Shown here one piece after another: positions 48,597 to 49,775 of a stretch of 49,775 nt of DNA; position 1 is the first letter of the stretch; each line of letters opens with the position of its first letter. A model generated the notes under the pieces. The model saw only the letters and a list, made by a program, of their open reading frames with translations, made no database searches and was not told the DNA's origin. Source of the stretch: Planctomycetota bacterium (GTDB lineage: Bacteria; Planctomycetota; SZUA-567; H5-PLA8); contig JBBRPR010000062.1 in NCBI GenBank assembly GCA_038227875.1, forward strand, positions 1 through 49,775, in the 5' to 3' direction. A program made the position numbers and the translations under genes.

Positions 48597-48672
48597 GTAG
48601 GGCGCCGTCGGCCGGGTGGAACTCCGGTCGTTTCGAGGCGCTACGCACTAGACGCAACGAAGCCGCTGCGTC
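48597..48672. repeat. GTAG...CTAC hairpin plus adjacent GC-rich hairpin
   Basis: GTAGGGCGCC...GGCGCTAC (48597-48644) and GACGCAACG-AAGC-CGCTGCGTC (48651-48672). Confidence 0.5.
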
Positions 48673-48709
48673 CCCAGTGACGTAAGAGGTTACTGACGGA
48701 GTTGGGCTG

Positions 48710-49054
48710 TCAGGGCGATTTGCTTTCAGGCAAGGAGGCCGAGTATTTTGGCGCGCCGTTGACTTTGAAAGCCGCGACGAGCTTTTCCGGTGAGGTTTTG
48801 GCGGAATCGAAGGTGACGTATGCCGTGGAATTTTTGAAATCGATCGAACACTTCAGGACGCCATCGCACTTTTTAAACGCGGTGACCACCGCGGGCGGGC
48901 AGTTGACGGGTCACGTCATCCCCGTGATCTTCAGCGGCACTTCCACAGCTTTGACGGCTGGCGCGACCGGCTCGGTGGCTGCATCGGCAGCATTGAGTTG
49001 GCATGAGAACACCGCGCCCAACATGAGCGTCAGTGCGAAACAGACTTTCAGCAT
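48710..49054 (-). CDS. Exported heavy-metal-associated (HMA/MerP/CopZ-like) domain protein, predicted selenoprotein (Sec48), 114 aa
   Basis: AAGGAG RBS; signal peptide; [58 protein letters not shown] continues the HMA pattern for 66 codons past the TGA at 48911-48913. Confidence 0.85.
48878..48893 (-). promoter_or_regulatory. Bacterial SECIS-like hairpin
   Basis: CGCGGT-GGTC-ACCGCG; stem starts 18 nt and loop 24 nt after the in-frame TGA. Confidence 0.75.
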
Positions 49055-49177
49055 TGTGTGCTCCTTCCCAAAGGTGAAGCTATAAACATAAGTGAATGGG
49101 CGGCGGATTGAACAAGAATCCGGCGTAGTTTTAAGTCCTACGTGCAACCCTGATACGTGCAACCGTGAAAAGTGGGC

Positions 49178-49774
49178 TTAAGCCTGTCCGCTTTTGTCTG
49201 CTTTTTCGACCGGCGGGTAGCGGAAGGGCTTCACGGGCTGGACTACCGGCGGCTGGACGCTCGGGGCTGTCCGGTTTTGTCCGCTTTTGTCCGCTCGTTT
49301 AGCGGCCAGCTCCACCTTCTCGGCGGCGATGTCGGCTCGGATTTTGGCGACGGCGGCCTCTTCCTGGGATTTCATCATCTTGAGCATGACGTCGGCCGGC
49401 GAGGGCCGGTGCATGGCGTTGACGAGTTTCACGTGTTCGTCGCGGTCGCGGTTGGCCTGCTCCTGGCGCTCGGCCTTCTTGTCGTTGTAGACGAATTCGC
49501 GCCAGGCTTGAGCTTCCTCGGCGCGGCGTTCGGCACGCTCTTCCTGCTGGAGCAGCTTCAGCGTCTGGATCACGAGGTAATCGGAAGCCTTGGGGTCTTC
49601 CAGGATGGCGCGGATGCGGTTGCGGCCGAGTTTCCGGAGCTCCCGGTTTTCGTGGGCGATTTCGGCGGCTTCGTCCTGCTGGAGCTTGCGGGCCAGGGCG
49701 TGGTGCTTGTTGAGTTCGGAGACGAACAGTTCTTCTTCGGCCCAGCGGCGGACGGTGCGCGGGTTGACGTCTAG
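49178..49774 (-). CDS. HTH-containing hypothetical protein, 5' end outside window
   Basis: Frame is open from the window edge: LDVNPRTVRRWAEEELF (HTH recognition helix), helical region, two ADKSGQ repeats; ORF track shows only the last 131 aa. Confidence 0.72.
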   Translation of the reverse strand, partial: LDVNPRTVRRWAEEELFVSELNKHHALARKLQQDEAAEIAHENRELRKLGRNRIRAILEDPKASDYLVIQTLKLLQQEERAERRAEEAQAWREFVYNDKKAERQEQANRDRDEHVKLVNAMHRPSPADVMLKMMKSQEEAAVAKIRADIAAEKVELAAKRADKSGQNRTAPSVQPPVVQPVKPFRYPPVEKADKSGQA

Positions 49775-49775
49775 C

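Noticed and set aside
48484..48709. SAH riboswitch upstream of ahcY
   Set aside because: Expected by context, but I found no GAGGAGCGCUGC...CAGGCUC core on the minus strand; the GAGGAGCGC at about 48547 is on the wrong strand.
48911..49162. 83-aa ORF as given in the ORF track
   Set aside because: The RBS-supported start is 49054 and the TGA falls at the catalytic Cys position with the domain continuing; treated as Sec read-through.

Overview
GC-rich bacterial chromosomal segment, probably Planctomycetota (inferred from the polA-coaE-rho order, FGE-sulfatase/zinc-finger membrane proteins and intergenic short tandem repeats). Housekeeping genes: rsmI, purQ, rsfS, a cold-shock gene, rho, coaE, polA, an HtrA protease, pdxA, ahcY. 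Accessory modules: an ABC half-transporter cut by an IS1595-family element at the left edge; AraC/PhyH; a di-haem peroxidase next to a cupredoxin with a Gly-Thr linker; a GH78-like protein; a pilH/pilI/pilG-like trio; a sigma54-controlled cupin/Tm-1-like/TIM-barrel operon with visible promoter and enhancer; and a chrA-chrB-DUF1259-beta-propeller module. The best hidden signal is at 48710-49054 (-), which the ORF track truncates: an exported HMA-domain protein whose first metal-binding Cys codon is an in-frame TGA (GMT-U-PVN-C), followed by a bacterial SECIS-like hairpin with a GGUC loop, i.e. a candidate selenoprotein. Three structured non-coding regions (3803-3945, 32920-33190, 44135-44420) are candidate regulatory RNAs. 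All calls are from motif recognition and hand folding; no searches were run.
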